Positions 44,211-55,398 are shown, counted from the first letter of the stretch. The stretch: DNA of 64,000 nucleotides from a virus (IMGVR_UViG_3300014205_000170:64001-128000); one strand, 5' to 3'. Translations and numbers: made by a program. Notes: a model not told the origin generated them from the letters alone.

Positions 44211-44789
44211 ATGGAAACTATGACATCAGGAGTTGCTCTTTCAAAAGAAGCTATTAGTATTTTAAATTCTCAAGAATTAAAGAATATAGAAGCATTCGCT
44301 ATTAAAGTCCATCATGATACAAATCATTATTATGATGATTACCTTCCTTATGAATTTCATTTAAGGATGGTGGTAAAGGCAGCTAAGGATTTTATTTACT
44401 TAATTCCGGTAGATAAGGTATTCACTGTAATAGCAGCAGCGTTTTTACATGATGCTATTGAAGATGCACGACAAAATTACAATAGCATTAAGAAAGCTAC
44501 CAATATTGACGTAGCTGAAATTGTTCGTGCTGTTACAAATTATGGTCGCGGAAGAGATAGAAACGAGAGAATGCCAGATTCTATTTATGAAGATATTTGT
44601 AAAGTTCCTTTTGCAACATTTGTGAAATTATGTGATAGAATTGCAAACGTTCAATATTCTAAAATGACAGGCAGCGATATGTTTAATAAGTACAAAAAAG
44701 AGCATACTCACTTTAAAGAAAAACTATATGTTCAAGGCGAGAACGAACCTCTTTGGGATTACTTAGATACATTATTCAAACAAGATTAA
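44211..44789 (+). CDS. HD-domain hydrolase, SpoT/Mesh1-like
   Basis: PYEFHL, AAFLHDAIED, VAEIVRAVT, VKLCDRIAN. Confidence 0.85.
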   Translation: METMTSGVALSKEAISILNSQELKNIEAFAIKVHHDTNHYYDDYLPYEFHLRMVVKAAKDFIYLIPVDKVFTVIAAAFLHDAIEDARQNYNSIKKATNIDVAEIVRAVTNYGRGRDRNERMPDSIYEDICKVPFATFVKLCDRIANVQYSKMTGSDMFNKYKKEHTHFKEKLYVQGENEPLWDYLDTLFKQD

Positions 44790-44976
44790 GATGAGATTTA
44801 TAGTAATATTTTTTTCTCTTTTTGTTATGAGATTTTTGTTTCTTCCAATGGATGTGCCTGGAAAATTTAGTTTTCCTTATCATATTTTTATGGGATTGTT
44901 TGTTGGAATGACAGCAATATTATTAGACAACAATTGGGATAAAATAAAAAATAAATTTAAAAAGACAAAATAACAT

Positions 44977-45642
44977 ATGGGATACAGCACAAGTTTTACT
45001 GGACAATTATCATTTACTAAAGAATTAAAAGCAAGCGAATTAGCTGAGTTAAGAAAATTTTTAGAAGAAGATTGTAGAGACCATCCAGAATGGAAAGCCA
45101 CACATCTGTCTTATATTGACTTACAATTAACTAAGGATTTCACAGGAATTGAATGGAATGGTGCAGAAAAAACATATGACCTTGTAGAAAAAATTAATGT
45201 TGTTATAGAACAAATGCGTAAAAGATTTCCAGATTTTGAATTAACCGGTACTTTATTGGCGCAAGGCGAAGAAATTGGAGATGTTTGGAAACTTGTTATA
45301 GAAAACAATGAAGCTGTTGAAAGAAAAATTGACTTAAGTCATAAAAAGAAAATTAAATGTCCACATTGTGAGGAAGAATTTTTCTTAGAGGACACAGAAG
45401 ATGATATTAAGGATTCAGTGGGGAAAAAATGTGTTTTCCTTTTCTCAGGTTTTAGAAATGAAGAATTATCTTCAAAAGTAATCAATGAAGGTTATGCAAT
45501 AGCAGAAGATTTTTCTAAACAAGTAACACACCTTGTAATGAAAAATGTTTCAGCAGACTCAACAAAAAAGCAAAAAGCTCAAAAACAAGGATGTAAAATT
45601 TGGTCCAAAGAACAACTTGAAGAATTTTTAAATGATAAATAA
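44977..45642 (+). CDS. Phage protein with Zn ribbon and C-terminal BRCT domain
   Basis: CPHC; GKKCVFLFSG...SKQVTHLV...KKQKA...IWS. Confidence 0.65.
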   Translation: MGYSTSFTGQLSFTKELKASELAELRKFLEEDCRDHPEWKATHLSYIDLQLTKDFTGIEWNGAEKTYDLVEKINVVIEQMRKRFPDFELTGTLLAQGEEIGDVWKLVIENNEAVERKIDLSHKKKIKCPHCEEEFFLEDTEDDIKDSVGKKCVFLFSGFRNEELSSKVINEGYAIAEDFSKQVTHLVMKNVSADSTKKQKAQKQGCKIWSKEQLEEFLNDK

Positions 45643-46570
45643 TGAAAGTAACCATTAAAGTAGAAAAAGAAGTTGAAATTACAACATTAAAAGTAAAAGC
45701 CGGTGTGCGTTATTACGAAGATGCGACTGTTGATGGTGTTGAAGATTCAAAAGGAGATTTAATACCATGTAAACAAGGAGAGTTATGGTGCCCTATCATT
45801 GATATAGATAATGGTGTAATAATAAATTGGAAACAAGGAGTAAAAGCCAAAGTACACTATAAAGTTTGTGATGCTGGTAATTATTATCTATTAGATAAAG
45901 ACAACAATATTGTATTGTCACTTGAGGATGGTTATGTACCAAGAATAATGTGTCCTGAAAAAGGTGGTTTTGGTGACTACATTATTATGAATATTGATGA
46001 ACATGGTAAAATAGCTAATTGGAATCCAGATATAAAAGATTTTACTAATGAAGATTAAAATATAATTATGGGAATAGATACAAATATACATATTGGTCCT
46101 TTTATGATTGTAAAAGGGACAATAACTTTCGAATCAGAAGAATCTGTTGAAACATGTTCAAATGAAAAATGCATAAATTTTGTCAAGAACAAACAACTTG
46201 CACAAGGTTTTTGTCCTAAATGTGGTTCACCAGTTGCAGAAAGAAAATATACTGACTCGGAAGAACTTGATGCAAGTGATTTGGTTTATCACGAAAAATA
46301 TTATAATAATTTTGAAGATAAATTGGTGTGGACAGACCCAATGGGTTGTGATAATGGAGTTTTCATTACTAATCAAAATATGCCAAGCGAAATTGATGTA
46401 GAAAATTTTGATTCAGAAAATTCTTTCGCTATTGACCTTACTAAAACAGATTTTGATAAACAAATTAATTGGTTTAGTGAACATTACAAAAAGCAAATAG
46501 ATATTTTAAAAAAGGAATTTGGTGAAGAATCTATTGAGATAAAATGTGGTATAGTTCAATGGTTTTCATA

Positions 46571-46792
46571 ATGAGTCGAGCAACAAGAATAATGTTAATA
46601 GAAAAGCATTTTGACATAACTCCTCGTTTTTCTTTTACTCATCGTGGAATAAAAGAAGCAGGAATATTTATTAGAGAAATAGGTGGCATTGAACAAATGT
46701 ATGAAACTTGGCCACCTTGGTTTAATCCAACTGTACTAGGTATAATTCATAGAGCAAATAACTTTTGGGAAAGATTAAAAAACAATGAATAA
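46571..46792 (+). CDS. Hypothetical protein, N-terminal tag
   Basis: TRIMLIEK; ATG at 46571. Confidence 0.65.
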   Translation: MSRATRIMLIEKHFDITPRFSFTHRGIKEAGIFIREIGGIEQMYETWPPWFNPTVLGIIHRANNFWERLKNNE

Positions 46793-46804
46793 CAACTAAA
46801 CTAA

Positions 46805-47266
46805 ATGGAAGCACTAGATAAAATAGAAACAGTACTTGAACATATTCAAAATGTTCAAAAAAATTGCTATAAATTAGGTTTAAAACTAATTAAAATGGGT
46901 GAAATTGAGCTAGGTAGAAACTTAATAGCCAATGGTCAAATCCATGATAATAGTAAATTTAAGGGTATTGAATTTAAACACTTATTTCATGGCGACCCAA
47001 TTTTAAAAGATGCTATTGAGCACCACAGAGCAATTAATCCACATCATCCTGAATTTTGGGGCGACTCTATTCATAAAATGCCAGAATTGTATTTAATTGA
47101 GTTTGTTTGTGATACAACAGCTCGTTCTCAGGAGTTTGGTACTGATATACGGACCTGGCTTAAAGAAGATGCAACAAAGAAATATAAATTCAAAGTTGAT
47201 GATGAAGTTTGGAAAAGAATAATTTATTATTTAGATTTGTTGTTATCACCACCATTTCAAAAATAA
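46805..47266 (+). CDS. HD-like protein (DUF5662 type)
   Basis: HIQNV, HDNSK, HHRAINPHHPEFW, MP..YLIEFVCD. Confidence 0.75.
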   Translation: MEALDKIETVLEHIQNVQKNCYKLGLKLIKMGEIELGRNLIANGQIHDNSKFKGIEFKHLFHGDPILKDAIEHHRAINPHHPEFWGDSIHKMPELYLIEFVCDTTARSQEFGTDIRTWLKEDATKKYKFKVDDEVWKRIIYYLDLLLSPPFQK

Positions 47267-47669
47267 TAACTCATGAAAATTCTCTCTGAAATAAATCAAC
47301 ATCGTTCTATAAAGGGATATTTGTTTTGGACTGCTGCTTGTGGTTGTGCCACTTTTATAGCGATTCAAGATGCTTGTAATGAAAATAAATTATATTGGAT
47401 AGTGGTTCCAATTGTTGCAATAGCTTTTCTCTTTAATCTTGGAGGATTAATTATAAAATTAAAAAACATACAAATATATGACAACGGAGCAAAGAAAAAA
47501 ATTAATCGAAGAAGGCAAAGACGATTTAGTTCGTTCTTATGATTTATTGAAAACTGGCTATGCCGGCATTAACCAAAAAGGAAACATTGTAGATAGACGT
47601 TATGTACGTAATGCTATACCAATTCCTCAAAATGAAATGTTTGATACACCAGCGCCAAAAAAAGTTTAA

Positions 47670-48671
47670 ATGAACAAAGAATTATTAGATTACATTCAAA
47701 AACTTTCTAAAAACGATAAAAAGACTTTATCTCAAAAAGCGTTAAAAGTATCTGAGGAGTGTGGTGAATTAGCAAAAGTAATTTTGCCTTACGACAATGC
47801 TGCTGGTACAACACACCGTTTTATTGAAAGTGAAAAGATTTTAGAAGAATCTGTTGATATTATTTTAACTGCTATTTCTATGGCTTACGAACTAGGTTAT
47901 TCACATGATGAAGTAGAAGAAATGATGTGGGCTAAAGCAGAAAAATGGCATGGCATTCAAACTAAAGAAGAAAAAGTCGACTATCCTATACCTTATGAAA
48001 TTCATATTACTATAGATTTAACTGATGCCTTAAATCATGAGTATTACAAAAAACATAACTTAGGATGGGAACATGCTGTAATAGATTTTAAAGAAAAATG
48101 TGAAGTTGCCAATGTAAAACCAATAATTCTTGATTTAGAGAATGATGGGGAAACAGTTATGAAAGATGTTATGACTTCTTCAAAACACTTTGGAAATAAC
48201 ACAAGTGCATATGAGGAATGTAATCGAATTGCTAAATTTTTTGAAGTTCGTAACTTTAAAGTTTTACGTAAAAAAATAGAAACAGTACCTTGGCATCCGG
48301 CTGCTCCTGTTGTGAAAGATGATAAAATGCCAAAAAATTGTTATTTTGAATCTCATATCAATTGTGTGATTAAAGAAGAAGAAAAACAAAATCTTAATAT
48401 AATTGCACAACTTCATGATGCTCACTTGTCTAAAAATTTCTTTAAAAAACTAGAAAATGGTAAGTTTGTCAATATGATTACGTATAGAAAACATAATGGA
48501 ACTTACAATGAATTCCTTCAAAATATTGAACATTTAAAAGAAACATTAAAAAATAAGAATATTCACTTTGAAAAAATTATAACTGAATTTTCTATATATG
48601 ATACTAAAGTAAGTCATGATTTTTTATGGTTAACAAAAAATAAAAATGAACAAACCGAGATACACCATTAA
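47670..48671 (+). CDS. MazG-like pyrophosphohydrolase fused to an unknown C-terminal domain
   Basis: LKVSEECGELAK, EESVD; C-terminal YEIHITI / RKKIETVPWHP / YFESHI. Confidence 0.7.
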   Translation: MNKELLDYIQKLSKNDKKTLSQKALKVSEECGELAKVILPYDNAAGTTHRFIESEKILEESVDIILTAISMAYELGYSHDEVEEMMWAKAEKWHGIQTKEEKVDYPIPYEIHITIDLTDALNHEYYKKHNLGWEHAVIDFKEKCEVANVKPIILDLENDGETVMKDVMTSSKHFGNNTSAYEECNRIAKFFEVRNFKVLRKKIETVPWHPAAPVVKDDKMPKNCYFESHINCVIKEEEKQNLNIIAQLHDAHLSKNFFKKLENGKFVNMITYRKHNGTYNEFLQNIEHLKETLKNKNIHFEKIITEFSIYDTKVSHDFLWLTKNKNEQTEIHH

Positions 48672-49390
48672 GGGAACGTATAAACAAAAATATGAAAGCC
48701 CATTAAATTTTAGACAGTGGGATGTTATTTTGAATAGAAAAACAGGAATTGTATTATTGCAGTTTTCTGGAGAAAATTTACAAACAAAATGGCATTTAAC
48801 TCCACAAAATCCTGATTTAAAAAAAATCATTTCATTTCACAATGAAAAGGAATGGGAAACTTTAAAAGAAAAATGCAAAGCAATTTTAAAAATTCAAAAA
48901 GAAAAATTTCCAATTCAACACGAGGAGCAACAAAATATAGCAGAAACAGAAAAGAATTTTTTGTTAACTAAAGTTTAATATGGCAAAACACAACAGTACC
49001 GCTTATGGAGAATGTCCTAAACATAAAGGACAAAGTATGCTTAATTGTTCGGAATGTAGTATAGAAAATTTTGATTTTATGAAAAACATAAAATTCAAAG
49101 GTGATTGGAAAAAACTAGACATGACGAAAGTTTTTGAGGAAGAGAAAAAGCGTAAAGAAAAAGAGAAAAAACGTCTTGAAAAAGAAAATAAAATAGAAGA
49201 AAAAAGAATAACAGATATTAAATGTCCGTGTTGTAAAAGCACAAAAAAACAACCGGTTAATATTTCAGTTAGAAATGGTCCTTTAGTTGTTGGAGGACAT
49301 AATTCTATAAATAAATTGGCTTCCTATATTGTATGTCAAGATTGCGGTGTAATGTATGTAGATTTACACAAAAAAGGAGTTTAAGTTAAT

Positions 49391-49419
49391 TGAAACTATT
49401 AAGGAGGTTCTTCGTTTAA
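49391..49419 (+). promoter_or_regulatory. ECF-sigma-like promoter
   Basis: TGAAAC-N16-CGTTTAA upstream of LeuRS. Confidence 0.75.
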
Positions 49420-49425
49420 TCCTAT

Positions 49426-50700
49426 ATGTTAAATTCTTCTATGTATATAGCTGTCATGTTCCCATATCCAAGCGGAGCAGGTTTGCACGTTGGTCATTAC
49501 TATAACTATTCAGTTATCGACTCGTATTGTCGTTACAAAAAATATTTACAAGTTCCTGTTTTTCAACCTTTTGGGTATGACAGCCATGGTCTTCCTGCAG
49601 AAAATTTTGCAAAATCAGTAGGAAGAGACCCAAAAGATGTGACGTATGAAAACATTGAAAATTTTCGAAGTCAAATGTTAAAAATGAACACTGGCTTTAA
49701 AGAGCTTTTAATCACTTCAGACGCATCTTATGTAAAATGGACTCAATGGTTGTTTTTACAATTAAAAGAGCGTGGGTTAGCCTATAAAAAGACTGGCTTA
49801 GTAAATTGGGACCCAATTGACCAAACAGTATTAGCAAACGAACAAGTAAAAAACGGTATTGCAGATAGAAGTGGCGCTAAAGTAGAACAGCGCGAAATGG
49901 AACAATGGTATTTTAAAATTACCGATTATAAAGACCGGTTGATAAAAAACTTGGATACAATCGATTATCCAAAATCTACCATAAATGCTCAAAGAGCTTG
50001 GTTGGAGAATTTACATGATTGGTGTGTATCTCGTCAACGTAAATGGGGATGTCCTATTCCTGTTGATGGCGAAACGGATACGTTGGATACTTTTGTGGAT
50101 AGCAGTTTCTATTTTATACGTTATTGTGACCCAACTAATGAAAATGAATTATGTGCTAAGAATAAGTATAAACCGGTTGATTTGTATGTAGGTGGTCCCG
50201 AACATGCTTGTATGCATTTGATTTATGCCAGATTCATCAATATGTTCTTGTATGACATTGGAATTGTTTCCCAAGAAGAACCTTTTAATAAAGTAATTCA
50301 CCAAGGAATGATTTTGAATGAAGGGCAGAAAATGTCAAAATCAAAAGGCAATGTTGTCAATCCTGATAGTTATGACTCAGATGAATTAAGATTTTATTTA
50401 ATGTTCATTGGACATTATTTTGATGGTGGAAGCTGGTCCGATAAAAACATATCCGGAATAAAAAGATTTATTAATCGCATGAAGGAATGGATGAGTCGTT
50501 CTGGAGAAGAAACTATTGACTTAACCACCTTCAAAAAACAAATATTCGATTATACAGAAGCTTTCAAGTTTAATAAAGTTGTAAGTTCATTTATGATTTT
50601 TTTAAATGATAATAAAGCTAAAAACGTAACTCCTGAATGTAGAGAAGAAATTATTTCTTTGCTTGAAATCTATATGCCAGGAATTAAAAATAAATTATAA
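49426..50700 (+). CDS. leuS: Minimal leucyl-tRNA synthetase lacking the CP1 editing domain
   Basis: MFPYPSGAGLHVGH, GLPAEN, TVLANEQV, DWCVSRQRKWG, KMSKSKGNVV; 424 aa. Confidence 0.93.
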   Translation: MLNSSMYIAVMFPYPSGAGLHVGHYYNYSVIDSYCRYKKYLQVPVFQPFGYDSHGLPAENFAKSVGRDPKDVTYENIENFRSQMLKMNTGFKELLITSDASYVKWTQWLFLQLKERGLAYKKTGLVNWDPIDQTVLANEQVKNGIADRSGAKVEQREMEQWYFKITDYKDRLIKNLDTIDYPKSTINAQRAWLENLHDWCVSRQRKWGCPIPVDGETDTLDTFVDSSFYFIRYCDPTNENELCAKNKYKPVDLYVGGPEHACMHLIYARFINMFLYDIGIVSQEEPFNKVIHQGMILNEGQKMSKSKGNVVNPDSYDSDELRFYLMFIGHYFDGGSWSDKNISGIKRFINRMKEWMSRSGEETIDLTTFKKQIFDYTEAFKFNKVVSSFMIFLNDNKAKNVTPECREEIISLLEIYMPGIKNKL

Positions 50701-51073
50701 GATGGGGTATTCAATTGATTTAATAGACAGAGAAAAATCTATAGATGAAAAAACTGTAGATAAAATTATCAAGAAATTACCTAAACGATTGTTGGGTCAT
50801 TTTGGAGGTTCTAAAGAACAATGGGGATGGTCACTAAGAACAGACCTAAAATTAGATGAAAATAAAAATGGAATTAAATATTTAAGTGTATCAGGTTCTT
50901 TTGGTGGGTCCGGTGAATGGGCATTAGATATGGTTGTGGCACTACAACAACTCCTGCAAAGAGAAGGACATAAAATAGAAATTTTCTCTACTGATTTTGG
51001 TTTTTGTAATAAGAAGTTATATACTTGGCTCGGATACAGTGCTAAAGAATTAAAAGATGAAGAAAGTTTTTAA

Positions 51074-51592
51074 ATGAAAAAATTTAATTCTAAAGATTAT
51101 TGTATTTTTAAAATTAGATATTATGCTAGTGACTACCTTTTGAAAAAATGGCGAGAAGGTGCAGCTCAACCAAAGCAACATTATTATAGAGCAGAACAAT
51201 TAACTAAATTCAAATGGGAGTTAATCAAAAAAATAACCGGAAGAACACATAATTACTATTGGAAATTATATATGGTCGAAACAACTGAGTGTGTTTTTGA
51301 TGAATTAGTTGAATTTCATAATGTTCTAACACTTGATAATGAAAAGTATTTTCTTTTATTAATACCTGTAAAAAAGAAAAAATTAATAGAATGGGTAAAA
51401 GAAAATGTAAAATTACCATATATAATTTTAAACAAAACACGTTCTTATTTTTATTTTGAAAGGTTAAAACATAATGTTTCAAACAACGGAAGAAGAGAAA
51501 GAGCAAAACAATTTTCAGAAAAGAGATTATTAAAATGGTTTAAAGAAGATAATACGAGAAAATTATTAATTGAAAAACACCATAATGGATAA
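51074..51592 (+). CDS. Hypothetical protein, C-terminal tag
   Basis: TRKLLIEK. Confidence 0.65.
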   Translation: MKKFNSKDYCIFKIRYYASDYLLKKWREGAAQPKQHYYRAEQLTKFKWELIKKITGRTHNYYWKLYMVETTECVFDELVEFHNVLTLDNEKYFLLLIPVKKKKLIEWVKENVKLPYIILNKTRSYFYFERLKHNVSNNGRRERAKQFSEKRLLKWFKEDNTRKLLIEKHHNG

Positions 51593-52235
51593 TATAAAAA
51601 ATTTTTCCAAAGAATTAGAAGCAATAATACAAAAAAACGAACGCTTAGAAAGAGCGAATGAAATGTATAAACAACAATTGTTAGTTATTGCTATTAATAA
51701 TGGTGGCAGATTAAAACATTTAGATTACGACGACTTAAATAAAATAGATATGACTAAAATATCTATTGGTGTAGGATTCACCAGCCTCTCTGTCTCAAAT
51801 ACCGAAACAAATAAAATATTAAAAAGTTGGGATGAAGTTCCTTTAAAAAAAGAAAAAAAATAAATAATATGCAATATACAGAAAGCCAAACAGAAAAACT
51901 CACTTCAATAGAACAATGGCTTGTTCCAATAACAAATACAGTTATTGAAATAAGAAAGAAACATCATATTGATGTTCGTAAAGATGTTTATGAATACTTC
52001 ATAGGTCGTAGTTTTACTTTTCGGGAATTAAATGTTGATAGGACTATTGCTATTTCAAATATGGTTAGAAGAAACCACTTGTATGGTGAAGGCTCTCGTT
52101 TATTAACCGAATCCATTGAAAATATTGAAACCTTTCTGAAAGATGTAAAACAATTTGAATCTTCTGAAAATATTGTTTTATCAAACAAAGGTTGGATAGA
52201 TTATTTTAAAGAAAAGTTCACTTTTTAATAAGAAA

Positions 52236-52652
52236 ATGTTTCCAACATTTACTCATACATTCACTTATAAAGCATTACCTTTAAAAAGACAGTATAGTAA
52301 AAACAATTTTAAAATTCAAAAGTTTCATCGACTAGGTTGGTATCATGTTTTTTATAACGAACACTTAATTGGAACTTTTAGAAATGAATTTACTGAATTT
52401 GGTTCTGGACTAATTAGTTTATGGTCTACTTCTTTTAAAATGGAATTGGGCGCATTTGAAGATATGGCGATAGGCGGAACAGTTATTTTTAGATTATTAG
52501 ACACAGATAGGGTAAAACTACATATAATTGATGTTTTTCCGGAAACGTTTCAAAAATTTGTTTTCGCAAAATCTGTATTAGTTGAAAAACAAAACAAAAA
52601 TGTATTTCCTATTGCTCAACGTGTATTGGCTAGGACATTTATTAATGTATAA
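52236..52652 (+). CDS. Hypothetical protein with tag
   Basis: KSVLVEK; VFYNEHLIG shared with 54114, 55863, 56290. Confidence 0.65.
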   Translation: MFPTFTHTFTYKALPLKRQYSKNNFKIQKFHRLGWYHVFYNEHLIGTFRNEFTEFGSGLISLWSTSFKMELGAFEDMAIGGTVIFRLLDTDRVKLHIIDVFPETFQKFVFAKSVLVEKQNKNVFPIAQRVLARTFINV

Positions 52653-53214
52653 TACTTTTAAAATATTTGAAATTTTACCACCTTTACCAATAGTTTCTGT
52701 AACTACCAGGGAAGTTTTATTTGAAAAACATAAAACATTGCAACTTAAACAAACTTATGAAAGACTTCAAAAAACTTTTCTTAAAAGAGGTGAATATATA
52801 TGGTTTGCAAATTGCAATACTTTTGAAATTACCAAATACGTGATTGCAAAAGTGCCGACAGAAATAATTTATAGACAACTAGACAGAGAAAACAGAATAA
52901 CTTTTTTTAGTCGAAGCGGTAAAGATGATATTTCTATTGGGTGTCAAAAATTTTTAGACTCTTTTGATGCTCAAACAGCAATTCCTGTTCAGGTTTTTGG
53001 AGTTTCGGATAAACAATTAATTTGTTCTTCTCAACAAAATGCTATTCTTGCATTGAAAATTTATATTCCACAAGCCATTAAAATGTTAAATGAACAGATT
53101 CAAAATTCAATCGAATTTCAATCTGCATTTAAAGTATTTGAAAAAAGAAAAATAATACAAAAACTATCAAAACTTCAAAAAAAAATTAATAGGTTCTTAT
53201 TAGAAAAAAAATAA
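52645..53214 (+). CDS. Hypothetical protein, N-terminal tag
   Basis: TREVLFEK; ATG at 52645. Confidence 0.65.
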   Translation: MYNTFKIFEILPPLPIVSVTTREVLFEKHKTLQLKQTYERLQKTFLKRGEYIWFANCNTFEITKYVIAKVPTEIIYRQLDRENRITFFSRSGKDDISIGCQKFLDSFDAQTAIPVQVFGVSDKQLICSSQQNAILALKIYIPQAIKMLNEQIQNSIEFQSAFKVFEKRKIIQKLSKLQKKINRFLLEKK

Positions 53215-53215
53215 T

Positions 53216-53223
53216 TATATTTG
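53216..53223 (+). promoter_or_regulatory. Bacteroidetes -7 element
   Basis: TATATTTG before GTG 53228. Confidence 0.55.
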
Positions 53224-53227
53224 TATT

Positions 53228-53536
53228 GTGAAATTTATTCCTACAACATCAACTTTGAAAAATCCTTTACCGGACCCAGCAGCTTCACATCCTTTTATAC
53301 AATCATTAGGTGAAAACTATGAAGACATAATGTGCTATTGTTTAGGAGAACATTGGAGAGCAACTTCTTTAAAAGAATCCCTTAATTGGTTTAACAAAAG
53401 ACTCGGAATTACTATATCTGAAACCACTAATGTTTTGGAAACAAGTCAGATTATAAAATCAAGATATGAATGGCTTCTATGTTATCATAGATACAGAGAA
53501 GTATTAATAGAAAAAACACATAACATTTTAAGGTAA
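53228..53536 (+). CDS. Hypothetical protein, C-terminal tag
   Basis: REVLIEK. Confidence 0.65.
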   Translation: MKFIPTTSTLKNPLPDPAASHPFIQSLGENYEDIMCYCLGEHWRATSLKESLNWFNKRLGITISETTNVLETSQIIKSRYEWLLCYHRYREVLIEKTHNILR

Positions 53537-54114
53537 TGGGTTGCGATATTCACACATATGTAGAAACTAGAAAAACTTCTAAACACAAATGGAGATTGTT
53601 AAATAAAGAACATTTTTCAAAATTTGATTATAGTTTAAAAGCTTTTATTAAAAATAGTACTTCTTCCCCTTTTTCCTCAAGACATTATGCATTATTTGGA
53701 GTTTTAGCTGGTGTTCGATATAATGACATAAAATCATTTGGTAAACCAAAAGGAATTCCAGATGATGTATCTTATTCAGTGGGAAAATTTTGGAAAGCCG
53801 AGGAGGGTGATGCACACTCAGCATCTCATTTAAGTGTTAAAGAATTAATCGAATTTAATTTTTTTGAAGAGATGGAATATGATGATAGCTTTTATGAAGA
53901 GTTTTCAATTCATCCACATAAATTTGGTAACACATTTGGAAACAGGGTCGTTTGCATTGAAAAAGAAAGACCTAAGAACATATACATGCATAAAAAATAT
54001 AAACAAACTTTAAAAGCTTTTATTGGAGAATTGTTTTTTGTACAACTAGATGAAATGTGTGATTTACATCAAGACCCCGAAAATGTTAGATTAGTATTTT
54101 GGTTTGATAATTAA
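53536..54114 (+). CDS. Conserved phage protein (MGCDIH family) with internal tag variant
   Basis: MGCDIH, YALFGVLAGVR, RLVFWFDN; RVVCIEK. Confidence 0.75.
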   Translation: MGCDIHTYVETRKTSKHKWRLLNKEHFSKFDYSLKAFIKNSTSSPFSSRHYALFGVLAGVRYNDIKSFGKPKGIPDDVSYSVGKFWKAEEGDAHSASHLSVKELIEFNFFEEMEYDDSFYEEFSIHPHKFGNTFGNRVVCIEKERPKNIYMHKKYKQTLKAFIGELFFVQLDEMCDLHQDPENVRLVFWFDN

Positions 54115-54614
54115 TGTCAATTCTTGATAACAGAACATATTATGTAGGTCATTTTACATTTACTCCAAATAGAGCCGGAGATACGCGAGATTTTATGGTT
54201 TTATATGCTGATGAACCAATAGGGACATTTTCAACAAGACAATCGGTCAAATCCACATATTCTCACAAAAACAATGAACCTTATTGTTATGAAATTTTTG
54301 AATTCCCTATTCTAGATGAAGAAAAAATTATTGTAGGTAGTTTTAAAGTCACTCTATTTCATTTGACTAGAGACCCTTATAACGATTTAAAAGAGAATGG
54401 TTTTAATAAATTAAAAATAGATAATATTCAAATCGATTTGTCAAAATCAGATTATATTAAAAAAAAATTTGTATCTCCAAGAGAAATATTAACTGAAAAA
54501 TATCAAGAAATTACTATAAATATTTACGGTCAGGTATATACAGTCAGAAAAGGTATCGCTCGATACAATAAAAACACCATAAATCAAACCTATTATAATT
54601 CTTTCCTTTTATAG
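54114..54614 (+). CDS. Hypothetical protein with tag
   Basis: REILTEK. Confidence 0.65.
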   Translation: MSILDNRTYYVGHFTFTPNRAGDTRDFMVLYADEPIGTFSTRQSVKSTYSHKNNEPYCYEIFEFPILDEEKIIVGSFKVTLFHLTRDPYNDLKENGFNKLKIDNIQIDLSKSDYIKKKFVSPREILTEKYQEITINIYGQVYTVRKGIARYNKNTINQTYYNSFLL

Positions 54615-54624
54615 ATAATTTCTT

Positions 54625-54632
54625 TAAATTTG
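54625..54632 (+). promoter_or_regulatory. Bacteroidetes -7 element
   Basis: TAAATTTG before ATG 54637. Confidence 0.55.
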
Positions 54633-55026
54633 CTATATGGCAGATTTTAAGATAAGATTCAATACTGAACATAAAAGTTCTGAATTAAAATGGCGAGTTT
54701 TAATAGATGAGGAAGAATATTTAGCAAAGCAAATCAATGTAAATTGTCCTTGTAAAACAAGTGAGGATTGGATTTTAATTAATGATTTTCCGGCTTTAAA
54801 ATACCACATTAGTTGCGAATCTGAAAAGTGGGATTGGAGCGAGGATAAAATTTTAATAATTTCTTAATGAGGAAAATCAAACAATACTTTAGGATTTTCT
54901 GGTTCTATATCTCTAATAATCAGTGCAGTTTTTGTAAACAATGGTATCCAAAAGAACATTATGTGAAAGATACCATATTTGTTAAAAAATGCCATAAATG
55001 CTTTAAAAATAACCTTTAACCAGATT

Positions 55027-55055
55027 AGAAACATTTAAGCAATTCTTACGTTTAA
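55027..55055 (+). promoter_or_regulatory. ECF-sigma-like promoter
   Basis: AGAAAC-N16-CGTTTAA upstream of 55060. Confidence 0.7.
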
Positions 55056-55059
55056 TACC

Positions 55060-55398
55060 TTGGTGGGTGATTTACTAAAAAACAAAGAAGTTACAATAAA
55101 AAAAGCTAGGTTTTGTTGGGGTTGTGCCTCAAAAAAAGAACCTGGCACAATAATGAATTATCTGGTCTACGTTGAAGATTCTGACCTTTTAACATCATAT
55201 TGGTGTGAAGTATGTAATGCATATTTTAATTCACATTCAGAATATTTGGATGACGGTATACTGTATGGGGAACTTAAAGGAGAAAGGTCATATGAAGAAT
55301 TTAAGCAAGATTATTTACATCCAACACGAGAAGTACTTTTTGAAAAAAATATTGAATTTTGGAAAGGGTTTATGGCAAGAATAAAATTACACAAATAA
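55060..55398 (+). CDS. Zn-binding phage protein, C-terminal tag
   Basis: CWGC...CEVC; TREVLFEK. Confidence 0.65.
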   Translation: MVGDLLKNKEVTIKKARFCWGCASKKEPGTIMNYLVYVEDSDLLTSYWCEVCNAYFNSHSEYLDDGILYGELKGERSYEEFKQDYLHPTREVLFEKNIEFWKGFMARIKLHK

